64,000 bases of DNA, taken from positions 96,001-160,000 of the IMG/VR virus record IMGVR_UViG_3300036987_000310, one strand, 5' to 3'. The DNA is from a virus (Duplodnaviria > Caudoviricetes). Position 1 is the stretch's first letter, and each line of letters opens with the position of its first letter. Below, in pieces: positions 1-9,080 of this stretch. Made by a program: the position numbers and the translations under genes. The notes under the pieces are model-generated. The model saw only the letters and a list, made by a program, of their open reading frames with translations. It had not been told where the DNA came from and did no database searches.

Positions 1-2
1 AT

Positions 3-1310
3 TTAGGAATGTGTGTGAATATGGTCTTGTGTAATCAAAGGTCTACTGCACGTAGGACAACTCGGAATTTTTTCCAGCTCTTTCAGAACACTATTCAGAT
101 CTTTAGTGGCTTGCGCAAACTCGGCATCAAGCCGATTTATTTCAATTGTCGCACTGTTTATCTCAACAAACGTTTTCTTAGCTGTACCGACTTTTTCCAA
201 ATCCTCCAACATGTTCAAACTGTCCGGGACTTGGGTATCAAGCTCCAAGGCGTTTACTGACCCTTGAAGTCTTTCAATATTTGACTGCATCTTTTCGGCC
301 AAAGCTGCCCTGTCAACTTCCGACTTGTCAGGAAGATTCGGCACTGTCAAAGATCCAACCGGCTCCAGTTTTTCGGCGGACTTTTTCAGATCGTCTATTC
401 CGTCATACTTTCTAATTCTTGCCCAATCGCCATAATGTTTTGTTGGTGCTTCTGGCACACCAATGTTTTTTCCTCGAAGAGCGATTACTGCTTTTGCGGC
501 GACTTCAAGCTGAATCCACAGCCTATTCATGTTGACCGTGCGCTTTATGTCGTCGCCAAACGCCTCAAACGGAACTTGTATTTCATCAAACCCATCCAAC
601 AGCATGACTGCGGAATGCGCGCTGCTTATCCCCAGATGAAACTTTTTGCACTTCTCCACTCTGGTTTCATACTGGACAATTGATTCTGCTTGGTTTTCCA
701 GTTCTTCCACAATCTCAGCCAAGTTATCCAGCTTGTCCACTTTGCTCAGGTTTTGTTTAAACCTGACAGCTTCGATTGCTGCTGTTTTACTTTCTTCGAC
801 AAGTTTTTTCTTGCTTTTAAGCCCGAGGGTTATCGCGTTTTGCAACACGTCTAGACCCGATATTTCAGATATGAACTGTGTGACAGTGGGACCCCCTTCG
901 TCCAAAAGGAACACGGGGGCCCACTGGGACGCATACCACGGGTACAGGTCTCTGTCTCCTACTCTGACGCTTCCAAATCCCATTGCAGCCACCGGTTCTG
1001 GCTGCCTCTGTCCTACGTTTTCTAGCTTTTCAGACTTGCCGTCAATAGTGTATCTGTTGAGGCCTCGTTCAGCTTTTTCCCACAGCAGGCCCCATTGTTC
1101 GGACGACAAGCGAACGGAACACGATTTGGCTCCCGTTCGAATAAGATTCGTGACGGGCTTGTTGAGAAGAGCTCCTGAGATGGAGCGCATGATTGCACTT
1201 TTTCCGATGTTGGTTTTGCCGGTCACGCATGTAAACCCGGCGACTTCCAATTCAAGCTCTTCGATTGATTGGTAGTTTTTTATCGAAATGCGCACTGGTT
1301 TAAGACTCAT
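3..1310 (-). CDS. SbcC/Rad50 (T4 gp46-like) ATPase, N-terminal half only
   Basis: N-terminal ISIKNYQSI, Walker A GKTNIGKS, Q-loop region ASQWAPVFLL, long coiled coil, zinc hook CPTC just before the stop. Confidence 0.8.
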   Translation of the reverse strand: MSLKPVRISIKNYQSIEELELEVAGFTCVTGKTNIGKSAIMRSISGALLNKPVTNLIRTGAKSCSVRLSSEQWGLLWEKAERGLNRYTIDGKSEKLENVGQRQPEPVAAMGFGSVRVGDRDLYPWYASQWAPVFLLDEGGPTVTQFISEISGLDVLQNAITLGLKSKKKLVEESKTAAIEAVRFKQNLSKVDKLDNLAEIVEELENQAESIVQYETRVEKCKKFHLGISSAHSAVMLLDGFDEIQVPFEAFGDDIKRTVNMNRLWIQLEVAAKAVIALRGKNIGVPEAPTKHYGDWARIRKYDGIDDLKKSAEKLEPVGSLTVPNLPDKSEVDRAALAEKMQSNIERLQGSVNALELDTQVPDSLNMLEDLEKVGTAKKTFVEINSATIEINRLDAEFAQATKDLNSVLKELEKIPSCPTCSRPLITQDHIHTHS

Positions 1311-1318
1311 GGCGCACC

Positions 1319-2788
1319 TCAGTCAATCATGTCATCTGTTATTTCTGGCACAGATGCAGCTTCCCCGTCTTCCCCGTCTTCCTCAATAATTTCCCCATCC
1401 TCGTCCACGGACACCCCGTTCACCGTAATGACCTCAGGTCCCTCGTCCGACTCGTAGTCATCGTCGTCCGCTTCGCGCTTTGTCACCGCGTCTTCGGCTA
1501 GTTTGGCGAGCTGTTCATCGTCTAGCACTCTGAACCCCTGAAGAATGTTTTCAGTGCATTGGTGAACCAATTCGTCAACGAGTTGGTTTGCTGCTAGTTC
1601 CATTCTGAAGCGTTCAATGCCCACTGCTTCAACTGTTCGACCGCTTCCTGTGGCGTACTTGAAAACATCTTGTCTTTGCTTGTTTTTGCCAACCGAAATA
1701 ACCTTGTATGCTTGAGCCACGTTCAACATCGTTCGAAGTTCGTCTATGCCGACGCCATATCGAATCGTTATGAGACCAGAGTGCCCCTGCGTGGCGTCAA
1801 TCTTGTTTTTGATCATCTTAATTTCGACGTCTGTCGAAATCTGTATGTCTTCGCGCTTTCTCGTGAGAGGGTTCCACAGCTTTGCTTTGGCCGACATCTT
1901 TGGCTTCAACATCATTCTGAGCGTCGCCCAAAATTTGAGCGCGTTTCCGCCAGTGGTGGTCTTTAGAGATTCTTCGCTCCTGGCCATCTTGGAAGCACCG
2001 ATTTTGTCGCGCGTTTGATTCAGGAACATGACATGCGTTCCCGTTCTAGCTATCACGCTCTGGAGCTTTGGCATCCACTGAGACATGAGCCGCGGGATTT
2101 CTGCCACGCCAAGCTTCTGATCTTCATCGGACGTGTCCCGTTTAATTTCTCGAGACGACACCAATCCAGCGACGGAGTCTATGACGATGAAGTCTACCCC
2201 CTGTAACGCCGCTGTCATAGTCAGAGCTTCGGTTTCCTCGAATGTGTGTGGTTGCACACGAATGGCGCGTCCATCGCCCCCGACCTCTGGAGGTCGAAAG
2301 TCTACGCCGAGCTTCATGGCATAATGGTCTCGAACCGCACATTCCAAGTCCACGTATAAGCCGCACCCGTTTCCGTTGTCTCTCATCAAGGCGTGAGCCA
2401 TGCCTGTCATGGCGATAGTGGACTTTCCGGAGCTTTCTCTGCCGAAAACCTCCGATATCGTCCCTCTCGGCCACCCCGGGCATACAAAAGTGCCGTCAGG
2501 AAGACGAGACCCTCCAATGAGGAGGTTCATGATGGTACTGCCTGTCGGAGTATAGTCCTGTTGAAATTTCGGGGTGACAAAAACCCCTTTGATCTTGGTT
2601 CTTTTTTCAATCGAGTCCTGAAATTTTCTGAGTTTCGGATGCAACTTGACCATAGATTTCGACATTGTTCCTCCAGAGTCTAGAAACTCAGAATACACCC
2701 GTTCAGTCATACGTCCGAGAAATTTTCCTGGGGCAGCCTTCTGTTGGACAGGAATGGCCGTTCCAGTTTCCAAATAGTCGTTTTGCAA
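1319..2788 (-). CDS. recA: RecA/UvsX recombinase with acidic C-terminal tail
   Basis: Walker A GRESSGKST, Walker B FIVIDSVAGL, FLNQTRDKIG, TTGGNALKFWAT, KMIKNKI motifs. Confidence 0.95.
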   Translation of the reverse strand: MQNDYLETGTAIPVQQKAAPGKFLGRMTERVYSEFLDSGGTMSKSMVKLHPKLRKFQDSIEKRTKIKGVFVTPKFQQDYTPTGSTIMNLLIGGSRLPDGTFVCPGWPRGTISEVFGRESSGKSTIAMTGMAHALMRDNGNGCGLYVDLECAVRDHYAMKLGVDFRPPEVGGDGRAIRVQPHTFEETEALTMTAALQGVDFIVIDSVAGLVSSREIKRDTSDEDQKLGVAEIPRLMSQWMPKLQSVIARTGTHVMFLNQTRDKIGASKMARSEESLKTTTGGNALKFWATLRMMLKPKMSAKAKLWNPLTRKREDIQISTDVEIKMIKNKIDATQGHSGLITIRYGVGIDELRTMLNVAQAYKVISVGKNKQRQDVFKYATGSGRTVEAVGIERFRMELAANQLVDELVHQCTENILQGFRVLDDEQLAKLAEDAVTKREADDDDYESDEGPEVITVNGVSVDEDGEIIEEDGEDGEAASVPEITDDMID

Positions 2789-2833
2789 CGACTTCCTTTA
2801 CTGCTGGAACTGACGTCATGCTAACAGAGGTTT

Positions 2834-3535
2834 TCACAGAGATTCCAAATAAGTGAGCAAATTCGGGTCGATGCTCGACTTCATTGGCAGGTCAACTGAA
2901 CCAGTCGGAATTTTCGAGAATTGAAACCACCTTGAATTTTCGCGAAAAGCGTGTGCCACTTGTTTGACACTAATGGAACCGTCGTTCTTCTTGCGTTTAC
3001 GTTGTCGTGTTAAGAATACCCTAGCCTCGTGTGCCATGAGTTTGTCCGGGGATAACTCCCCCCGCATGCATTGGATGAAGCGCGCTGCCGCACGAGCAAT
3101 GCAATATGCGTCCGCTTCGTTGTTGTCCAAAATTTTTGACTGCATGGTGTCCAATTGAACAAATCGTTGCATGTCGGATTTGTCTGCGTTTCCTTTGCCG
3201 GTCACAGCCAATTTTAGAGTCATAGGGTCAAAAAGCACGCAATCGCAGCGACGTTCAAAGATTGGCTCTAACGAAAACATCATGAGCGCGTAATGGGCTG
3301 ATGCATTCACCGATTCAAACGCTGGCGATTCTATGCCTACAGCTTGCACCTCATAGCGTCTCAACAAGTCTGCCACGAGAGACCTGAACTGCATGAAGCG
3401 AGCGACCGGAACAGTCAAAGGGAGGGTGCCAACGTGTCCTGACGCAATCAGATGTTGGCGTGGAGTTTTTGCATGGCTGTCATAGACGCACCAACCATAA
3501 GCTCTTAAACTCGGATCTAAACCCAGAGTTAACAT
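2834..3535 (-). CDS. ruvC: RuvC-like Holliday junction resolvase
   Basis: LGLDPS (catalytic D), VGIESP (E), GKGNADK and DNNEADAY motifs. Confidence 0.85.
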   Translation of the reverse strand: MLTLGLDPSLRAYGWCVYDSHAKTPRQHLIASGHVGTLPLTVPVARFMQFRSLVADLLRRYEVQAVGIESPAFESVNASAHYALMMFSLEPIFERRCDCVLFDPMTLKLAVTGKGNADKSDMQRFVQLDTMQSKILDNNEADAYCIARAAARFIQCMRGELSPDKLMAHEARVFLTRQRKRKKNDGSISVKQVAHAFRENSRWFQFSKIPTGSVDLPMKSSIDPNLLTYLESL

Positions 3536-3582
3536 CTTGGCTGAGCATAGTCCATGATAATGTTAAATCGTGGAGCTGACTG

Positions 3583-3616
3583 GCTTGGAAGAGTTCACGG
3601 ATGAACTCTTCCAAGC
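3583..3616. terminator. 15-bp perfect hairpin just downstream of the putative SSB gene
   Basis: gcttggaagagttca-cgga-tgaactcttccaagc. Confidence 0.6.
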
Positions 3617-3632
3617 GGCAGTACTGGTCAGG

Positions 3633-4523
3633 TCACGAGATCAAATCGTCATATGACGTAATCAGTTTTGGCGTTTCTGCCTGTGCACCGGAGGAAATCT
3701 GAGCAGAGCCGGAGCCAGAGCCGGAGGCCCCCAGTTTTTCCATGAGCTTGTCTAGCTTCATTTCGAAGCCCAGATTGTTTGAGACGTGCTTGTATGCGCG
3801 AAGTCCTTGATCGAGAATCCAAGCTCGAACTTCCGGGTCGCAGTCCTCTCGAGCCCAGAAAGCTGTCGAAGCTGCTTCGATTTGCTGCTTCTGGAACTTC
3901 GGATCGCCATCAAGAGTGACGCGGAGGTCGATGACCTCGCGCTTGTCATTCTTTGCATCTGTGTAAGCCGCTTCAAGCTTCTTGAACTTTTTGGCTGGCA
4001 AAACCCAGATGTAGAAGTTGGTGTATTTGCGCATTTTGAGCAAGTCTCCGTCCACTTGCCCTTTGTCGTCGATCGGATAGGTCATGATAACCGTGCCAAC
4101 CTTTTGGTCAGCATCTCCGAACCTGTTGCAACATTCTTCAGGCTTAACCATGGTTGAGCCTTCATATTTGCTGAGACAACGAATCGTGCCAACGCCTTCT
4201 CCGTAGTGGGTGAAAGCGACTGAAAACCGCGGCTTCTTGATGTCGAGACGATCGACTTCGGTCAGTTGTTCGACGGGCTTGCTCAGCTGTTCGGCGATTT
4301 TCTGGTCGATTTTCACGAGCAGCTGTGCTTTTTCCTCATCGGAAAGAGGTGCGCCCTTTTCGCGGGCTTTTCTCGTCAAGATGTCATCGTGGATTTTCTT
4401 GAACGCAATCACGCTGACACGATGCTTTTCTCCGGGACGGTTTTGCTTGAAGGTTTCTACCCCGACGGTTTTGATGATCTTTGCATCATCGAAGCCAAAT
4501 TCCATCACATTTGAATCGCCCAT
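3633..4523 (-). CDS. Putative single-stranded DNA-binding protein (gp32-like role)
   Basis: Position next to recA/ruvC, ~300 aa, Gly/Ser linker and acidic C-terminal tip SYDDLIS; family not confirmed. Confidence 0.55.
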   Translation of the reverse strand: MGDSNVMEFGFDDAKIIKTVGVETFKQNRPGEKHRVSVIAFKKIHDDILTRKAREKGAPLSDEEKAQLLVKIDQKIAEQLSKPVEQLTEVDRLDIKKPRFSVAFTHYGEGVGTIRCLSKYEGSTMVKPEECCNRFGDADQKVGTVIMTYPIDDKGQVDGDLLKMRKYTNFYIWVLPAKKFKKLEAAYTDAKNDKREVIDLRVTLDGDPKFQKQQIEAASTAFWAREDCDPEVRAWILDQGLRAYKHVSNNLGFEMKLDKLMEKLGASGSGSGSAQISSGAQAETPKLITSYDDLIS

Positions 4524-4532
4524 CTTTGCCTC

Positions 4533-4580
4533 TTGAACGGTTGAACGGTTGAACGGTTGAACGGTTGAACGGTTGAACGG
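4533..4580. repeat. Tandem repeat (TTGAACGG)x6 in the leader of the putative SSB gene
   Basis: Six exact 8-bp copies read directly, abutting the GAGG ribosome-binding site. Confidence 0.95.
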
Positions 4581-4633
4581 TTGGCTATCTGCCGTTGTTG
4601 TTTATATTACACTCAAACAAATCACTTAAAAAG

Positions 4634-5482
4634 TCACAAATCGCTGAACACCACATCCACAATAGATGCTTTTACGCCGTCGTCGTCCCATTCGACAAGG
4701 GCTCTCGGAGAACTTTCCTTGTCATTTTCTTCGGCCATTTTGTTTTCCTCAGCAGGCTCCAAGTCTAGAGATGACTCTGAACCTAGATCGACAGGGTTGT
4801 TGTTCAGTGGCCCTAAGCTACTGAAAAAATCGGCCATTTGTTGTGCGTGCATTTCGTCGACAGGCTCGGGAAGGTCTTCCGGCCGTTTGCTCGGGTCAAG
4901 CAGGTCTTTCGGGTCGATTTTTCCTTGCACGACGGGAGGGGGCATTCCATCGGACACGGTCCGGTCTTGGTTGGCCTGCGGTTTCGCATACCCATCCCCT
5001 CCACCGAGTCGTGTGTCGGCATCATCTTTCACGAGCTGACGTTGGGACTTAATGTCGGCGTTTGTGCGGACCAAGTCCTGGTGTTTCATTTTGATAATTT
5101 TCAGCGTCTCGACGACGTCTAGCATGCCGACCTTCAACGATGCAAGGTTGTCGTGCTCCTCTTTCAACATGCTGGACACCACAGCTTTGCGGTCCTCTAT
5201 CGATGGCTGCTTTTTCACGATCGGGTCATCGGCCAGCTTCTGCGCTGTTTTCAACTCCAGGTCGAGCTCCATTTGCCGAACTTCGACCGACAAGTTTTTG
5301 GCTTGTTTGCCGACCGTTTGCAAGTAGTATATGACTCGGTTCAAATACTTTCGACACAGAGCTATGCGCCCATTCAGGTATTTTGACCCAAGAGATGGGA
5401 GGGTTGGGTCCTCAGCCAACTCCACCTCGAATTCAGATATTTCGTCAAGAATTGACGATAATTGTTCTGACGTATATCTCAT
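4634..5482 (-). CDS. Hypothetical coiled-coil protein
   Basis: 282-aa ORF, co-oriented in the operon. Confidence 0.7.
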   Translation of the reverse strand: MRYTSEQLSSILDEISEFEVELAEDPTLPSLGSKYLNGRIALCRKYLNRVIYYLQTVGKQAKNLSVEVRQMELDLELKTAQKLADDPIVKKQPSIEDRKAVVSSMLKEEHDNLASLKVGMLDVVETLKIIKMKHQDLVRTNADIKSQRQLVKDDADTRLGGGDGYAKPQANQDRTVSDGMPPPVVQGKIDPKDLLDPSKRPEDLPEPVDEMHAQQMADFFSSLGPLNNNPVDLGSESSLDLEPAEENKMAEENDKESSPRALVEWDDDGVKASIVDVVFSDL

Positions 5483-5497
5483 TGGCGGAGATTACAG

Positions 5498-5878
5498 TTA
5501 GTTTGGGCGCGGCTCTTCCCCTGGCTGTCTTTTGCGTGCTTCCGCACTAGCCGCTTGAGCGATTATTCTGAAATCTTCCCACAACGGCCCGTATTTTTGA
5601 GCTGTTTTCTCGCCCTCAGACTCAAATGTTAAAAACTCGACTACCTGGTCCACTCCTCGCCAGTCCCCTTGAATCACTGCTTCGATTGCTGACTCCCCGA
5701 GTACGGAAGAGAAGCGATCTACGGATCGAACCTTCTCAAGCTCAACTGACAGAGCTACGACAGTTCTGAGACGATGCTTTCTTTCCCATTTGTCGACAAT
5801 GCACCACGCTCTGGAAATTGTCTCCAGCCGGTGTTCCCCGAATTTTTCCAGAATTTTGTCTAGAAGTTTACTGGCCAT
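5498..5878 (-). CDS. Hypothetical protein
   Basis: Tightly packed co-oriented ORF. Confidence 0.6.
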   Translation of the reverse strand: MASKLLDKILEKFGEHRLETISRAWCIVDKWERKHRLRTVVALSVELEKVRSVDRFSSVLGESAIEAVIQGDWRGVDQVVEFLTFESEGEKTAQKYGPLWEDFRIIAQAASAEARKRQPGEEPRPN

Positions 5879-6083
5879 CTTTCATGGCTGCTTTCGACTC
5901 TTCAGACAGTTTAAATCCGCCAACTGTTTTGTTTGTGGCATCGACATCCGCCCCGGTCCTCTTGTCGTATCTTCCGAACTCGGTCACAACCAGCGTTTTG
6001 GTGACGCGAACAACTTTTTCTTTTCTGTTTTTATGGTTTTTGAACAATCCGTGCCCGATGGTTTCAACCCATTCAAGAGCCAT
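5868..6083 (-). CDS. Hypothetical protein
   Basis: Overlaps both neighbours as in an operon. Confidence 0.55.
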   Translation of the reverse strand: MALEWVETIGHGLFKNHKNRKEKVVRVTKTLVVTEFGRYDKRTGADVDATNKTVGGFKLSEESKAAMKDGQ

Positions 6084-6642
6084 TTCTTTCCCCTTTGATC
6101 ATGAGGCTTAGCACGGCGTCCACAAGCCTGATTCGTTCTTGCATGGAAGGCGTGTTTATCTGAAAATATTTGAGTCCCCACATTTCGAGCATGAATTTTA
6201 TTACAGCGTCTATACGGATCAGATCGTCCCATTCAACTTTTTCGCGAACTCCGTCATTACATATTAACTGTTTGGATGGGCGGATAAAAAATATCGCGAC
6301 GTTGTCTTCTCGAAGTCTATCCACATACTCTTCGAGGGCATGGTCTCTGATGACTCCTCGCAACACTGTCGTGTGCATGGCGGCATACGCCAAATTGTCG
6401 AAGCTTCTATCGGAAACAAAATGCTCTTTTTTTGACTCTTCTGTTATCTGTCTTTCCAACACGCTTCTTTGGTATGCGTTGACAGCCTGAATGTCGGACC
6501 TCAACGCTTCCAAAGTGATTTCTTTTTCAGCCAGAAGCAACCGAGCCACTTCTGTCAAAAGAGAAAGCCCATGTTGTTGCGCCGTATATCGCGCCATGGT
6601 TGTTTTGCCAGTGCTGTGCGATCCGACGAAATATACTCTCAT
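6073..6642 (-). CDS. P-loop kinase/ATPase (AAA_28, NadR/thymidylate-kinase-like)
   Basis: GSHSTGKTT Walker A, FVSDRSFDNLAY. Confidence 0.8.
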   Translation of the reverse strand: MRVYFVGSHSTGKTTMARYTAQQHGLSLLTEVARLLLAEKEITLEALRSDIQAVNAYQRSVLERQITEESKKEHFVSDRSFDNLAYAAMHTTVLRGVIRDHALEEYVDRLREDNVAIFFIRPSKQLICNDGVREKVEWDDLIRIDAVIKFMLEMWGLKYFQINTPSMQERIRLVDAVLSLMIKGERNGS

Positions 6643-6651
6643 CTTGCATAT

Positions 6652-7143
6652 TTAGGAAGACGTTATCGATTCTAAAAACCTTACGAACAAAGGATTTCTT
6701 AGAGCGTGCTGTCCTCGAGCGTCCCGCACGAGCCGTATGGCGTCGTTTCTTGACATTTTCTCCGGCCCAAAACACAGGGCCAATGCGCACACGAGGCCTG
6801 ACCTGTTTCTTCCAGCCAGGCAGGTGACGAGAACCTCATTGCCTTCTGAAATTCTTTTTATGACGTTTCTGGCTGCCCGCGTTGCAGTCCTAGCACACTC
6901 TTTGGCCATGAATTCGAAATTGTCGTCCATCGGGGCGTGCAAGACTTCTTGGCCCCCAAACAGCCCCGCTTCTGGCTGATATTCTCTTGCGCACAAGACA
7001 ATGGTGTCAAAATCTGCTAGCGCTTGTGAACTTGTTCCGCGTTCGTGGGCGGACAAAATCGGTGGGGCGTTTCCTATCCAAAGGCCGCCGTGAACATTGT
7101 GGGCAAATGACGGGCTCCCCTCTATGGTCAGGATTCGGCTCAT
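6652..7143 (-). CDS. Dual-specificity protein phosphatase
   Basis: CX5R loop VTCLAGRNRSG and general-acid region PMDD. Confidence 0.85.
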   Translation of the reverse strand: MSRILTIEGSPSFAHNVHGGLWIGNAPPILSAHERGTSSQALADFDTIVLCAREYQPEAGLFGGQEVLHAPMDDNFEFMAKECARTATRAARNVIKRISEGNEVLVTCLAGRNRSGLVCALALCFGPEKMSRNDAIRLVRDARGQHALRNPLFVRFLESITSS

Positions 7144-7940
7144 TGTTCGTGCACGCCATCTAAGGTTGCGGACTCTGGGTGTCTGAAAACAGTTAGCGGC
7201 CCTTCATAACTGACAAGTCCGCACAACTCCGGGTCTAAAGCCACATCGCAAAAGGACATCATTTTGCCATCCACGACAAGCTCCGTGTTCATGAGCCTCA
7301 CAACTTGCGAATAATCGACATGCTTCGTGTTGTGGGCGGTGCCAAGAGTTTGCCATATGGCGCCTCCCCCGGGGCATGCAAACGGACCGTTCTTTCGCAC
7401 TTTTGCCTTTGTGTGCCACCCATAGTTGGTAGCCACGTCTTTTTTTCCCGCCAATTTGTTCGACAAAACCCAATCTTTTCCAACGTCTGCCACCAGCCCA
7501 ATCGATCCGTCAGCTATTTCTTGAATTGATGCGTTTGTTGATCGAACGATCGCTTCCGTAACTGCTGCGCTATGCTTCGCCATTCGCGACGTATACGCCA
7601 TTTTTGAATCCGGAGTTTGTGTATTTGGCTCTAGTTTGACTTTGGCGCTAGCATATATCAAGTCTGCAATCTTTGGGGTTAGCATGGACATCAAAAGCAT
7701 GTCCGCAATTCTTTGTTCACCATCCATGGTTGCATTGATTCTCAAAAAATCATTTGGCTCCCCCACCATCAGTGCATCCGACATCACGCTTACTATCGCA
7801 ACGTGCTCTTTCCACTTGGACTCTATGTTCACTATTCTTGGCTGGAGATAGTGTCCTGTCCCGATGATGTTGATAATCTTCTGCTCCCTGTCTGAAGTGT
7901 TTTCTTCCGGAAGTTCTTTAACTATTTCGGAAGCTTTCAT
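7140..7940 (-). CDS. Hypothetical protein next to endolysin (HVDYSQ motif); ends GVHEQ
   Basis: 266-aa ORF with ATGA overlap. Confidence 0.65.
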   Translation of the reverse strand: MKASEIVKELPEENTSDREQKIINIIGTGHYLQPRIVNIESKWKEHVAIVSVMSDALMVGEPNDFLRINATMDGEQRIADMLLMSMLTPKIADLIYASAKVKLEPNTQTPDSKMAYTSRMAKHSAAVTEAIVRSTNASIQEIADGSIGLVADVGKDWVLSNKLAGKKDVATNYGWHTKAKVRKNGPFACPGGGAIWQTLGTAHNTKHVDYSQVVRLMNTELVVDGKMMSFCDVALDPELCGLVSYEGPLTVFRHPESATLDGVHEQ

Positions 7941-7986
7941 TGATGAAGCCTTTCATCAACTTCTGTGAAACTCTTTGAATGGCCGT

Positions 7987-8742
7987 TCATTGTTCCCCCA
8001 GTTCAAAATGCATTCCGTCAGGTCTTTTCGGAAAATTTCCTCCCCAAAAGAACCCGAGCTCACTTGCTGCCGGAACTAAATCCCTTACTGACCCATGTGC
8101 CCCGGAAGCAGGTGGGGGAACACCCAACGGGTTCCATTGAGCATTGATGTCAAAAGCTGTGGCAAATGCGTGGGAGCTTAAGTATGTTTTGCTCCCACGC
8201 ACAAACCTCGGAGCCCACGCCCCACTCCAGGACAAAACAAAATGTAGAAGATCGTTGTCTTCCCACTTTTTCCACAACTGCACTAGTTTGTCTGCACCTT
8301 TTTCGTGAAATAAAACTGTGCAGTCTTTTGGCGCCCCGATCACACCAGCCAACTGAGGGATTTCCACCTTCTTGAGCTTTTTGGCCCACGAGTTGGTGAT
8401 TTTTATTGTTTCAGGGTTATCTGACGATGAAGCAGCAACATAAGTCAGCGGTCCAAAAAGGCGCTGCTTGTCCATGTACGTTAGCGCTTTGACAAATCCG
8501 CCAGACTGCAGGACGTTGGCTTTCCCGTACCCCAGTTTCGCCGCTTCTTGCAAAGTCTTCGGCCCGACAACTCCGTCGTTATCCAAGCCATGTTTTTTCT
8601 GGAATTCGATTGTTGCGTCGCGGGTTTTAGGGCCGAACGATCCATCAACTACCCCGGGGGCCAACCCTTGCCCGACCAGAAACAGCTGCCATTGTCTCAC
8701 ATCTTGTCCAAACTTGCTAATCTCGAGCATTCGTCCCTCCAA
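7987..8742 (-). CDS. Endolysin: peptidoglycan-binding domain plus M15-family peptidase
   Basis: DGSFGPKTRDATIEFQKKHGLDNDGVVGPKT (PG_binding_1); SSHAFATAFDIN and DGMHFE zinc-peptidase motifs. Confidence 0.9.
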   Translation of the reverse strand: MEGRMLEISKFGQDVRQWQLFLVGQGLAPGVVDGSFGPKTRDATIEFQKKHGLDNDGVVGPKTLQEAAKLGYGKANVLQSGGFVKALTYMDKQRLFGPLTYVAASSSDNPETIKITNSWAKKLKKVEIPQLAGVIGAPKDCTVLFHEKGADKLVQLWKKWEDNDLLHFVLSWSGAWAPRFVRGSKTYLSSHAFATAFDINAQWNPLGVPPPASGAHGSVRDLVPAASELGFFWGGNFPKRPDGMHFELGEQ

Positions 8743-8774
8743 CGGAGGGACGTTACCGCAAGTTTAATCCTCTG

Positions 8775-9014
8775 TCACACCGGGGTCCCTTGACATGCGT
8801 GGGCCACCATCCCGACCAAGGCCCCCACGGCCACAATTAGGGCCACGAGATAGAAGCCAAAATCGTCTTCCTCGCTTTCAAGACGCCCTTTAGGAGGCCC
8901 GGCACTCTGGTGCACGGGCCTTGGGTCCTCTAGATCATGTGGCTTGTTCTTGAGGTCAAACTTCGCTGGCATCATTCCCATGGTCCTTTCACGCGGCCAC
9001 GAGGACATGGACAC
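8775..9014 (-). CDS. Small protein with C-terminal hydrophobic segment
   Basis: FYLVALIVAVGALVGMVA; upstream of endolysin. Confidence 0.5.
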   Translation of the reverse strand: MSMSSWPRERTMGMMPAKFDLKNKPHDLEDPRPVHQSAGPPKGRLESEEDDFGFYLVALIVAVGALVGMVAHACQGTPV

Positions 9015-9080
9015 GTTTTGCAGATAGTGATTACCATGGACATGAAAACTTTCAACTTGTCGACTGGCAATGGGCTTGGT

